Shown piece by piece: positions 25,189 to 34,241 of a stretch of DNA of 40,740 nucleotides (position 1 is its first letter; every line of letters starts with the position of its first letter). The stretch comes from Pedobacter sp. (GTDB taxonomy: Bacteria > Desulfobacterota > Desulfuromonadia > Desulfuromonadales > Syntrophotaleaceae): contig JBFWJC010000009.1 in assembly GCA_050253415.1 (NCBI GenBank), forward strand, positions 1 through 40,740, given 5' to 3'. Below the pieces are notes generated by a model that was not told where the DNA came from, ran no database searches, and saw only the letters and a list, made by a program, of their open reading frames with translations. The position numbers and the translations under genes are program-made.

Positions 25189-28026
25189 TTATGCTGCTTT
25201 ACGCATAGTTTTGCGGTTAGAGCGCATCTGCTCGGCGATCATATAAGCCGCTTCAAGTTCGCTGATGCCGTGTTCATCCATCAGTTTTTTTCGTTCTCGT
25301 TTTTCGTCACCTTCTGTTTGTGCCAAAGCCATAGCAATAGATGGTGGAACATTTCTGAACAGAGACAAAATCCTGTCCGACATCACAATACCTTCGGTAT
25401 ATTTACCAGGTTCTTTACGTGCAGCAAGAAGTAGTGCTTTTTGTTCTTCCGTCAGTTCTTTAAAACGAGATATCTGGTTTACTTCGTCTATACCTGTCGA
25501 CATGGTGACCCACCATTCGAAGTTTGAAAGCATCTTGGCTGATTCATCCTTGAAGTCTTTTAGGTTTTGAGTTGCCAGCCAGAACCACAAGTTCAGCTTA
25601 CGAGCCATCTTCGTCATACTGGTAACGATTGGGGCAATTAACGGGTTTGTTGTTGTCAAATGGCCCTCATCGGCGAGAGTAATAATTGGGCGACCTGAAT
25701 ATTGATCACGTTCAGCGATGGAAATGATTTTATTCAGCATGGACACGACGCTGACGCCCAACATATCGGCATATTCGCTGTTCACGAGCATGCCGACATC
25801 GAATATTGTGACATCGGCTTCCGGCCAGGCTTCCCCCTGACGGTTAAAAAACTTACCGCGAATCCCTTCACACCAAAACTGCATATTGTCCGCAAATTCT
25901 GTCAAACGTTCGCGACGACTATCACTCAATTCGGGACTCAAAGACGCTTCACGGAGAGCGTCACGAACATCTTCAGGTAAGGTGTAACCCTTAGCAATTG
26001 TGTTTTTCCCGGCCTGAACGATTGCTTTCATCAAATCAAAGCGTTCACGACGACGCAGTAGATCAAGCTCTTTTCTTTCTCCACCGGTGATCATCGTTAC
26101 TGCAGCCAATAGCATTTCGGCTAACTCATCTCGCTGATCATCCTCACTTTCGTCCTCGTCCGAGTCGGGTGAGACATATTCGTCGATTAAATCATGTTCG
26201 CCTTCGTTAATACCATCGTCTCCCAAGACTTCTGGGAGGTTGCAAGCATTGTTGAAGGGGTTTAATGAGATTGGTTTATCTGGGGTAACAACCACTTGAT
26301 GAACCTTGACACCGAATCTCTTAAGGAATCTCCCAAGCAGATAGAAGCTTTTACCTTTTTCGATTATGAAAAAACGCGCACCATAGAAGGCGACGTATTG
26401 CGCTATGATGAAGTTAAGCAGTGCCGATTTCCCGGAACCGGTTGGCCCAAGTATTAATGTAAAGGCATTTTTGGCCCTGTCGATCAGCGGGTCAAAACTG
26501 AACGGTTCTCCACCTCGATTCCAGAACGCAAACCCAGGGTTACCTGTACCTCGCGATCGACCATAGAAAGGTACAATTTTGGCGATCTGCTTGATAAAGT
26601 ATTTTCTCGCACGGCGTAGTGCAGGGTCACGGTCGTGCTTACGGTCAAAATTAAAAGGTAGTCCGCGAATAAAATAATCTTGAGCGACCAAGTCAAGTTG
26701 TGGCGGGATTGTTTTTAAACCTGCATTATCAAGCCAGGTCGAGGCAGTACGGACTTTGCGCTTCAGGTCCTTATCGTCTTCGCCGCGAACATAAACACCG
26801 GCAAAGCTTTTCAGAACAATGTTGTCCTTGGCGATTTCTTGTCTGATTTGTTTTATTTGGCCTCTCCGGAGTTTGGATTTTTCATCCTCACCCAAGAGGT
26901 CTTTTTCCATCTTTTCCAGCTCTGCATCAATGACGTCTTCATGCTCGAAAATAATTGTTTGGGAGTAAACGGTACCGATTGGCATTTTGTCCCACATGGC
27001 ATATCGCTGATCACCATTTTCAAGCTCTGACGAAATGCAACCGATTCTTGGTTCGCAGGAAGGCTGCTCCACTGAAATAAAGCGAACGGGCTTATTCTCA
27101 AAGTACCAATTTCCCCGGTCGTCCGAATAGGGGTATTGGCCATTGAGTGAATCTCTAACAATGTCTCCGCTGGCTCCGTCATTAAATACGCCTAATAACC
27201 TGAGCATCTCTTCATCATGATAGGGGGTATCCTTGGCTGTTGGCGCGAAGAAACGTCGCAACCAGTTACGCAATTCTGAAGCCGGTTGTTGTTTGATTTT
27301 GATGTCGGCTGCAGCGAAACGGCTTTTAATCTTATCTATTAGGTCTTCAAGCTGTTCGCCATGATCATTTTTGATGTGTGGGTCTTTGCGCCAGAGGTAT
27401 ATTCGAACTTTTCGATATCGGCCATACCAAATGCCGCCAGAGACCATTTGGTCTTCAAAGAGTCCATTGCTATCGGAAACATCGTCAATGTGCTCGTTTA
27501 GAATTCTCAACCATTCTTTCGCGAACTCCGGGTGACGAATAGGGGTACCTTTGTGTGCCTTTTCAGGGTACTTTTCAATGGTACTTTTAAAGGCATCCAT
27601 TGAGGTTTCGTCCTGCAATGTCACTTGCAACATCCAAGGGGAATCGATGTCACGTGGTATTGCTTCTTTGAGGATCCCTACGATTTTATCCTGGACATCC
27701 TTCAGATAAGATTCACTTCTTGCATCGGTAACGATAGGGGTTACATCAAAAACGGCTCCTACAGTAGACAGATCATCCATCAAAACATAGTCGCCAATAT
27801 CCATACGGGGTGAGATCAAGTCTGAAAAAGATTCCATGCTCTCAATGTCGGAAGCTTGTTTTTCGGTGGTCGTAATGGGTCTTAACCATTTTTGAATCGT
27901 GATCGGTAATTTACCGACGCCCGACCAGTGAGCCAGCTTAACGCCTTCTTCAACCTTTGGAGGTTCGCTGTCATCGAGGGGTTCCAGCTGCACCATGTTG
28001 CCCATGAGTTTATCAATCCACTTCAT
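25189..28026 (-). CDS. virB4: VirB4/TraC-like conjugative transfer ATPase (PFL_4706 family)
   Basis: Walker A GPTGSGKS, Walker B DEGH, WFWLATQN, FRNVPPS; start at ATG 28026. Confidence 0.93.
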   Translation of the reverse strand: MKWIDKLMGNMVQLEPLDDSEPPKVEEGVKLAHWSGVGKLPITIQKWLRPITTTEKQASDIESMESFSDLISPRMDIGDYVLMDDLSTVGAVFDVTPIVTDARSESYLKDVQDKIVGILKEAIPRDIDSPWMLQVTLQDETSMDAFKSTIEKYPEKAHKGTPIRHPEFAKEWLRILNEHIDDVSDSNGLFEDQMVSGGIWYGRYRKVRIYLWRKDPHIKNDHGEQLEDLIDKIKSRFAAADIKIKQQPASELRNWLRRFFAPTAKDTPYHDEEMLRLLGVFNDGASGDIVRDSLNGQYPYSDDRGNWYFENKPVRFISVEQPSCEPRIGCISSELENGDQRYAMWDKMPIGTVYSQTIIFEHEDVIDAELEKMEKDLLGEDEKSKLRRGQIKQIRQEIAKDNIVLKSFAGVYVRGEDDKDLKRKVRTASTWLDNAGLKTIPPQLDLVAQDYFIRGLPFNFDRKHDRDPALRRARKYFIKQIAKIVPFYGRSRGTGNPGFAFWNRGGEPFSFDPLIDRAKNAFTLILGPTGSGKSALLNFIIAQYVAFYGARFFIIEKGKSFYLLGRFLKRFGVKVHQVVVTPDKPISLNPFNNACNLPEVLGDDGINEGEHDLIDEYVSPDSDEDESEDDQRDELAEMLLAAVTMITGGERKELDLLRRRERFDLMKAIVQAGKNTIAKGYTLPEDVRDALREASLSPELSDSRRERLTEFADNMQFWCEGIRGKFFNRQGEAWPEADVTIFDVGMLVNSEYADMLGVSVVSMLNKIISIAERDQYSGRPIITLADEGHLTTTNPLIAPIVTSMTKMARKLNLWFWLATQNLKDFKDESAKMLSNFEWWVTMSTGIDEVNQISRFKELTEEQKALLLAARKEPGKYTEGIVMSDRILSLFRNVPPSIAMALAQTEGDEKRERKKLMDEHGISELEAAYMIAEQMRSNRKTMRKAA

Positions 28027-28027
28027 A

Positions 28028-28402
28028 CTATCTCTCACTGTAAGGAGTTTCGCCGGGCAATGCATATTGCACGGTGTCGTACATAGGAAAAGCCGTTGAA
28101 TACCCCGGAACCGGCACACCTGATGAGGCTAGATGAGGGTAGACATACATCACAAGAGTTGGGTTCGGTAGCCTTGGAAACAAACTCTTCAGTTCATTGT
28201 TTGCTGTACGGGTGTAATCGTTGTAATTGACGTCGTAAAGCTGTCTTGGGTGCCGTGTTGATAGGTTGGATGCTGAAACACTAGGTGCTTGTCGCATTAA
28301 TTCCGCGGTGGACGGTCCTTCCTGACTCAATTCTTTAAGCGGTGCATTGGTAGAGCAACCATTAATCAATAAAGCCGTTAGCAGCATCATAATGCGTGTC
28401 AT
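28028..28402 (-). CDS. Conjugative lipoprotein TIGR03751 family
   Basis: Lipobox INGC; YTRTANNE..LFPRLPNPTLVMYVYPHL..PVPGYST.F. Confidence 0.9.
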   Translation of the reverse strand: MTRIMMLLTALLINGCSTNAPLKELSQEGPSTAELMRQAPSVSASNLSTRHPRQLYDVNYNDYTRTANNELKSLFPRLPNPTLVMYVYPHLASSGVPVPGYSTAFPMYDTVQYALPGETPYSER

Positions 28403-29753
28403 ATTGAACTTTCCTTCCCATTCGGTCATAGTCAATTTTGATTTCTTCTTCGATATGGACATCGATGATTTTTCCAGCCGGGACATATATCACGTCGAAG
28501 TATTGTCCCAAGCGATCTGTTAAATACTGCTTAACATCTCCAATGCCTTCGGCCACACCAGTATATGCAGAGTTTTTTAGATGTGATCCAACTACCGTTT
28601 GCAGAGTAGATCCGTCGGTCGTTGTTGTCGTTTGTGTTTCGCCATCTGCGATGCCTTGAGAGGCTCCTTGCGCCACACCTAATACCCCCAATGTGGTGAT
28701 GACTTCTGGTGCATTGGTGATCAATCTTCCCTCGATGCACTGATTAGCATGTTCGTCCGTGATATACCCCATGCCGTCTTTCTTATTTTTGGCCTTGTGC
28801 GTGACAATACGACCGTCTGCGAAAATGAACGTCATCGTATCGATGCGGCCGGTCACGCATCGAAGGCTATAGTTCCCGATGGCCGTTCCTTGAATGATGG
28901 TTTTTTCTAGCCCCTCAAGTGTATGGTCATTGGCCATCAAGATATTGGGGCCGGTCGAAATTTTGAAGCGCCAAGGATCCTGAAGTTGACCGTTAACCGG
29001 AATTCTCCCTATGAAAGCCGTAACAGCCATAGAGTTCGGGATGACTGAACCATTTGCAATGGTCCAGCGCGGCTCTTTGCCAGTTTCAAGGCCCAGTTCA
29101 TTCTTGGCTTTTGAGCCTACTTCGTCCAAAAGCCCCTTTTCAGAGTTAGAGTCGCTGTACAAACTGGTTACATTTGACGATGCTCCAGTCGTACCTTTTC
29201 GTTTGTCTTGTACATAACCAGAGTCCAACGGCTGGATCCAAACGATTTGGTTTGGATCCACGACTTCTTTTCCCTTTTTCGTCGTCATAATGGGCTGCAC
29301 GATTGAGTTCAATAATGAATTGGACTCATCCTTTTCGGCTTTCGCGGGGTCGAAGGATTTTCCGAGTTCCTTCGGTTCTTGCGCTTTTTTGGGCTCAACT
29401 TGTTTGGGTGGAAGTAAATTATCTGTGATACTTTCAGCGCCACTTTTCAGCCCCTTGATTGTCGCCTCCTTAGCTTTGTTGTCAGCTTTCAATACCGACA
29501 CTGTGTCCGTCAACTTTTCCACTGTTTGTTGAACAGTTTGCAGGTCGTTAACGACCTTGGAAAACTCAGTTGGCAGCGTATCTTTATCAGCGCGTTCTTT
29601 TGCTTCCAAAGGTGGCTTGCGTTCTTCTTTTTCTTCATTGGTCCCTACAACCTTAATTTCAGGGCCATCCGACCAAGCCGCATAAATTAACCAAGCGGCG
29701 GCAGATACGATTAACAGGACAAGTATGTAAACCAAAGGATTACGGCCTTTCAT
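28362..29753 (-). CDS. PFL_4705 / TIGR03752 family (VirB10-like)
   Basis: N-terminal TM, coiled coil, TAFIGRIPVNG, F.VIYVPAG, IDYD..GRKV. Confidence 0.88.
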   Translation of the reverse strand: MKGRNPLVYILVLLIVSAAAWLIYAAWSDGPEIKVVGTNEEKEERKPPLEAKERADKDTLPTEFSKVVNDLQTVQQTVEKLTDTVSVLKADNKAKEATIKGLKSGAESITDNLLPPKQVEPKKAQEPKELGKSFDPAKAEKDESNSLLNSIVQPIMTTKKGKEVVDPNQIVWIQPLDSGYVQDKRKGTTGASSNVTSLYSDSNSEKGLLDEVGSKAKNELGLETGKEPRWTIANGSVIPNSMAVTAFIGRIPVNGQLQDPWRFKISTGPNILMANDHTLEGLEKTIIQGTAIGNYSLRCVTGRIDTMTFIFADGRIVTHKAKNKKDGMGYITDEHANQCIEGRLITNAPEVITTLGVLGVAQGASQGIADGETQTTTTTDGSTLQTVVGSHLKNSAYTGVAEGIGDVKQYLTDRLGQYFDVIYVPAGKIIDVHIEEEIKIDYDRMGRKVQYDTHYDAANGFID

Positions 29754-30568
29754 TATTGAAGCCCCCCGAACATCTCCCGAAGAGGCCGGGTATGAATGAC
29801 GATCATTACACTGCGGGCTTTATTGCCGTATGTTCTCGGCAATAAACGACCATGAATTGGAATGCTGGCGAGTAACGTTCCGGAACGGAGTGCTTTTACT
29901 AACCGGGGATCATTATCGACCGGATATCCGGAAATGTTTTCAACTTCAATTGCGCTGGCGTATAGCCGATTCGTTTTGAAGGATACAATCGGCTTAGAAA
30001 GCACACTGCTGCATGCTCTCGAACGTGCCGTACAGCGAAAGAAGGACTTGAAGGTTTTACCAGGCACCGATACACGTTGAATGCCATTTACGTTTTTTAC
30101 CAATCGTTCAGGTGCATAAAGCTGTTGAGCGACATACTGGCCAAGAAATCGATATGAATTGATTTGTGGTGAGGAGGCATCGTTTTTCGATTTTGAGGAT
30201 GCGGACGGCTCGTTATTGGACATCTTTTCGATGTGAATATTGACCACCGGGTCCAAATCATCTTGGGATGTTGTCGACAAATACAAAACGAAGGTAATAC
30301 CCGTTTCAGTGCCTTTTACAAGCACACGTTGTTTTTCAAAGGCAGCTAACGGCTCAATAAATACACGATTCCCAACACTGGTCAAGGTTGAGAATCTCGC
30401 TTTGGCCGACTGTGTGATTCCGATTTGTACAGGTTCAGGGAATACCAGCTGTCTTTCGGCACCTACGGCCAAAGATATATCGATAGGAGACTTGTCCCAA
30501 ACAATATGTTCGTCAGCCTGCACCGTTCCTACGGCCATAAGGATCACGAAGAATAGCCAACGGATCAT
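29753..30568 (-). CDS. PFL_4704 / TIGR03749 (DUF3438) family
   Basis: W...PI...L.VGAER...FP, YVAQQLYAPERL. Confidence 0.85.
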   Translation of the reverse strand: MIRWLFFVILMAVGTVQADEHIVWDKSPIDISLAVGAERQLVFPEPVQIGITQSAKARFSTLTSVGNRVFIEPLAAFEKQRVLVKGTETGITFVLYLSTTSQDDLDPVVNIHIEKMSNNEPSASSKSKNDASSPQINSYRFLGQYVAQQLYAPERLVKNVNGIQRVSVPGKTFKSFFRCTARSRACSSVLSKPIVSFKTNRLYASAIEVENISGYPVDNDPRLVKALRSGTLLASIPIHGRLLPRTYGNKARSVMIVIHTRPLREMFGGLQ

Positions 30569-31272
30569 TTTGTGCCTCCTTGAATATCGATTACGCGTAT
30601 TTCGTTCACGTACTCATAATCGATTTTGAGACCCCAAGGGTTATATTCTGTATTGGTATCTTCGTATATGACCAAGAAAGGAATTCTTAGACTTTTGTTT
30701 TTAAGCTCATAGGGCAAAGCATCTTCTGATGTTTTTTGCCACTCCCTCAAGTTGATATCAAGCCAGACCTTCCAGCGGTTTGCCCCGAGAGGTTTGACAC
30801 AACTTTCGTGATAATTACCGCAGTGGTCTTCTTCTGAATAAGCTCCGAGTGGTGTAATTGCTCTTTGGCGGTTTTTTAATTCCAAGCGATTTTTTTTCAG
30901 CTTATAGTCTTTATAAGCTTGAGTAATGAATCGCCCGGTAAAAAATGCTCTGTAGTCTTTGATATTTTTCAGATAATCTTCTTCCCCGTTTTCGATCCAA
31001 TAATTAAGTTGTTGGAACATAGCACCGGTGAAGCTGTATATCTCCCATGCATTAATTTGGCCAGTCGTTACTTGAGCACCATATTGAATCTGTGGCGGAA
31101 TGGACAATCTTTGCACTTCTGGCTCTTGAGATTGAACCCAGATAATAATCAAAGTTGTGCTTAAGCTGAGAACCAGCGCACCCACTATGAATCGCAAGGT
31201 ATTGATGTGAGAGCGATCATTTGCTCTTAAAAATTTATAAGGATTTTTTTTCATAACCTGTTGCCATGCCAA
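30565..31272 (-). CDS. PFL_4703 / TIGR03746 (DUF2895) family
   Basis: HINTLR, IPP, FQQLNYW..GE.DY, NPWGL. Confidence 0.85.
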   Translation of the reverse strand: MAWQQVMKKNPYKFLRANDRSHINTLRFIVGALVLSLSTTLIIIWVQSQEPEVQRLSIPPQIQYGAQVTTGQINAWEIYSFTGAMFQQLNYWIENGEEDYLKNIKDYRAFFTGRFITQAYKDYKLKKNRLELKNRQRAITPLGAYSEEDHCGNYHESCVKPLGANRWKVWLDINLREWQKTSEDALPYELKNKSLRIPFLVIYEDTNTEYNPWGLKIDYEYVNEIRVIDIQGGTK

Positions 31273-31607
31273 TAGCCATTTCGAGTGAGAAACTTTGAAG
31301 GTTTACCCATGAGTTTACTTGTGACCAAATTCATTCTTTGTAAAAAATAACCAGGTGCTTTTCCGCGCTTAAATTTTTTCAACCAGGAAGAGGTAAGCCA
31401 TACGCCTAACGCGGTACCAAAAATAAAAAAAACCAGGACAATAATGACAACCCACTCAAGGAAAAACAGGCCAATTAAAATCCCGATAATAAAATTGAAG
31501 ATACCAAGCAGCACTCCAAGTTGAAATAATTCCGGAAGCGTTGCGCCTCCAAGGACAGGCAACTCTTCATCGAGCTCTGACGGTAGAAGAACTTCGTCAT
31601 CTGCCAC
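31251..31607 (-). CDS. TIGR03750 (DUF3487) family membrane protein
   Basis: LPSELDEELPVLGG.T..EL, two TM, KRGKAPGY. Confidence 0.82.
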   Translation of the reverse strand: MADDEVLLPSELDEELPVLGGATLPELFQLGVLLGIFNFIIGILIGLFFLEWVVIIVLVFFIFGTALGVWLTSSWLKKFKRGKAPGYFLQRMNLVTSKLMGKPSKFLTRNGYWHGNRL

Positions 31608-31612
31608 TTAAC

Positions 31613-32005
31613 TTAAGCCCCACCACCCATAGTCGTTGCATATTTGTAGAGCAGGACACCAATTGGAATAGTAAATATCAATACCACAACACCAATAATC
31701 GCATGGGTGATAAGGTCTCCCATTGTGAAGTCCTTGTGTTTTTTGTCGTCTCTGACCTTGTCGAGACCGTTCCAAAGCGTGATGAAAAACGTCAACAAAA
31801 CCCCAGCAATCATGATTGCTGAAACACCTCGTAGGACCCAGCTCATAATTTTGACGAACTTCTTGTCTAGGCCATCTGAGTCATCGACAATCTCACCCAG
31901 GTTAACATCTGGCATGGTCGGCACCGCCGCCATACTTTCTGGCGCATGGCTTAGAAGCCACCCACCGAAAAGAACACTCAATATAAAATAGGTAATAGAT
32001 TTCAC
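31613..32005 (-). CDS. TIGR03745 family (pilin/VirB2-like) membrane protein
   Basis: Signal peptide ending AAVP, two TM; synteny. Confidence 0.7.
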   Translation of the reverse strand: MKSITYFILSVLFGGWLLSHAPESMAAVPTMPDVNLGEIVDDSDGLDKKFVKIMSWVLRGVSAIMIAGVLLTFFITLWNGLDKVRDDKKHKDFTMGDLITHAIIGVVVLIFTIPIGVLLYKYATTMGGGA

Positions 32006-32014
32006 GATTTACTC

Positions 32015-32251
32015 CTAAACGCTTTTCACAAAGGCCATAACGGCGATTAAAAATACAAACAACATGACCGAGTTCCAAAGAAAATCCTTAAACTTGATAT
32101 CTTCTTTTTGCACCAATCCGTATTGGTTATTGATTGTGGCCAAAATACGAATCAACACTATGCTGATAAACAGTCCTAACATTGCTGCCGCAATAACAGC
32201 AACCGAGTTAGAACCTGCAATAGATTCGAAAATATCGAAATTCAAATTCAT
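32015..32251 (-). CDS. TIGR03758 (DUF3262) family membrane protein
   Basis: 78 aa two TM, FESIAG; synteny after RAQPRD gene. Confidence 0.68.
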   Translation of the reverse strand: MNLNFDIFESIAGSNSVAVIAAAMLGLFISIVLIRILATINNQYGLVQKEDIKFKDFLWNSVMLFVFLIAVMAFVKSV

Positions 32252-32703
32252 CTCCGGTAATCACCCATTACCGGTTCGAAACTGCGCGGCTGCGACTCCG
32301 GGCTTGACAGATAATCAGAGATGCCGCGATTGATTTTGTAGATGTCTTTTCGCAGCCAGTCATAACGAAACTTGATACGCTGGTCAGGGTTTTGTTGCGA
32401 TTCAGCTGTCCGAATCAAAACATCAGCTTCCTGGAGGTGGGAAAGAATATCGAGCAGAGCTTTTCGCTCAGAAGAGGACATATCTGATGTCTCGTAGTTG
32501 TAATAGCTTGGTTTGACGGATACCGAATTGGCCTCGATTGCCGGGTAAGCAATGATTTCTGTTTCGGAAGTGGCCACTTCCTCAACCGGTACCGGCATTG
32601 CCTGCTCAGAAACACTGCTGTCCTTTGTTCCATTTGTTGCACAACCGGTCAAAGCGACTGAACCGAACAGTAATGAGATCAATAGTGCGTTTTTAGTTTT
32701 CAT
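32248..32703 (-). CDS. RAQPRD-family ICE protein with lipoprotein signal
   Basis: R.KFRY.WLRKDI..I..GI.DYLS.PESQPRS..P..GDY; lipobox LTGC. Confidence 0.85.
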   Translation of the reverse strand: MKTKNALLISLLFGSVALTGCATNGTKDSSVSEQAMPVPVEEVATSETEIIAYPAIEANSVSVKPSYYNYETSDMSSSERKALLDILSHLQEADVLIRTAESQQNPDQRIKFRYDWLRKDIYKINRGISDYLSSPESQPRSFEPVMGDYRR

Positions 32704-32772
32704 TCTGAATCCTGCAAGTTGATATTTGTTTGACGGGGTAATAATGGCATAAATCAAAACGCCAAAACCCGG

Positions 32773-33606
32773 CTAGGAATGACAAGTTGTTGCGATTTGA
32801 TTTTTCTTGTTGATTTCAAAGCCACCAATATCCGTCAAATCCTTGAGAGGCACTGGCTTACCGAAGTAGTACCCCTGGAAGTAATCGCAGCCTAAAATCT
32901 GCAACTGGGCAAACTGCTCACTGGTTTCAACCTTTTCGGCGGTGACCGTCTTGCCAAGCTCATGGGCAAGTTCAATTACGGTGGCCACGACTTTTTTGGT
33001 ACGCTGGCAATCGCAAACACGACTCACGAGGGATCCATCCAGTTTGATGTTTGTGTAGGGGTCATTGGTCAATTTTCGGACACAGGCATACCCGGAACCG
33101 AAATCATCTAACGACAGTCCAATGCCCGCCGCTCGGATACTGACCAGGTTGTCTTGATATTTGTTAACGGTCGACGGACAAATCCAGCTTTCAAGCACTT
33201 CCAGTTCAATCGTAATCAAACTGTGGTGTTCTCGGCGCACTATGGTGTCGACCAACGCCATAAACCGGTCATGCTTGCCAACGGTGACGGGACTGACGTT
33301 CAGCGAAACTATGACCGGCGTTATCAGCATGCTCTCCAATACTGGCCGCTCTTTGCGAAACCTCTCAAATACGAGTTGGTCGATCTGGATCATCGCATCG
33401 ATGTCGTTCTCGGCCCAGGTAATCAGCTGCTGCGGATCCTTGCCAACTTCGTCCATGTCATACCGTATCAGCACTTCGAATTTAATGATGTCTCCATTAA
33501 CGTCGACAATTGGCTGGTAGGCTAATTCAAGGCTTTGTTTGAGTTTTTCGATCATAGCAGGCCGTCCGGTTACAAATACTTTTTGAAGTACATCGCCGTA
33601 AGCCAT
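32773..33606 (-). CDS. Stand-alone EAL-domain c-di-GMP phosphodiesterase
   Basis: YQPIV, EVLIR, SLNVS, ELEVLES, LDDFGSGY, IKLD, AEKVET, QGYYF; start may be 33555. Confidence 0.9.
   Translation of the reverse strand: MAYGDVLQKVFVTGRPAMIEKLKQSLELAYQPIVDVNGDIIKFEVLIRYDMDEVGKDPQQLITWAENDIDAMIQIDQLVFERFRKERPVLESMLITPVIVSLNVSPVTVGKHDRFMALVDTIVRREHHSLITIELEVLESWICPSTVNKYQDNLVSIRAAGIGLSLDDFGSGYACVRKLTNDPYTNIKLDGSLVSRVCDCQRTKKVVATVIELAHELGKTVTAEKVETSEQFAQLQILGCDYFQGYYFGKPVPLKDLTDIGGFEINKKNQIATTCHS
32774..32800 (-). promoter_or_regulatory. Conserved 27-bp putative transfer-activator box, copy 4
   Basis: Identical to copy 3; TGC-CATTAT 27 bp downstream; overlaps last codons of EAL gene. Confidence 0.8.
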
Positions 33607-34241
33607 ATCGAATATGAGAAGGGCAAGGCGAAGAGAAGTACAAACAAGGATGGATGGACGCTTACTGGCGACGACAAGTAGACCACTATGGCCATATAAG
33701 CGGCTGGCAGCGCCCAGCGTTTTGCGTGGTGATATACGAATGAGGTTTCACGGCCGCCACTCCAGGTACGCACATCACGCTCATTCAGTCCATCAATAAG
33801 AGCGTACATACCAAATAACAGCAGGGCAGGCATGGACATTAAGATGACCGCCAGCCGGACTGCGTTCAGCTCGATGATATAGACGACAGCCAAAAAATAT
33901 GGCTCCACCACAGTACCTTTTAAGGCAACGACTAAACTCCCGAAGTAGGTCGCTTGAATAATGTATTCATAAAAAAAGGACAGGAAGGTAAAAGCCACAT
34001 CCACCGGTGCAACCATAAACTGTTTGAAATCCTCGTTCAGCCAACCTAACTCTGTTTCCAATGACATCTTGGCATGCTGCGCTCCAGGCAACTCCCACCA
34101 ATCCAATCCAATCCCAAGCAATTCAATGATGATTGAAAGCAGAAGTGAACCGATATAGGCACCTATCAAGGTGAAAACGATATGGATAGTTTGCCCAATC
34201 AAGCCGCGTTTTGAGTCTTCTGCTGAATCTGCTGTACTCAT
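33570..34241 (-). CDS. PFL_4697 / TIGR03747 (DUF4400) membrane protein
   Basis: SIIIE, HAK..L..EL, DGL..RD.R.W.GGRETSFVYHHAK. Confidence 0.88.
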   Translation of the reverse strand: MSTADSAEDSKRGLIGQTIHIVFTLIGAYIGSLLLSIIIELLGIGLDWWELPGAQHAKMSLETELGWLNEDFKQFMVAPVDVAFTFLSFFYEYIIQATYFGSLVVALKGTVVEPYFLAVVYIIELNAVRLAVILMSMPALLLFGMYALIDGLNERDVRTWSGGRETSFVYHHAKRWALPAAYMAIVVYLSSPVSVHPSLFVLLFALPFSYSIWLTAMYFKKYL

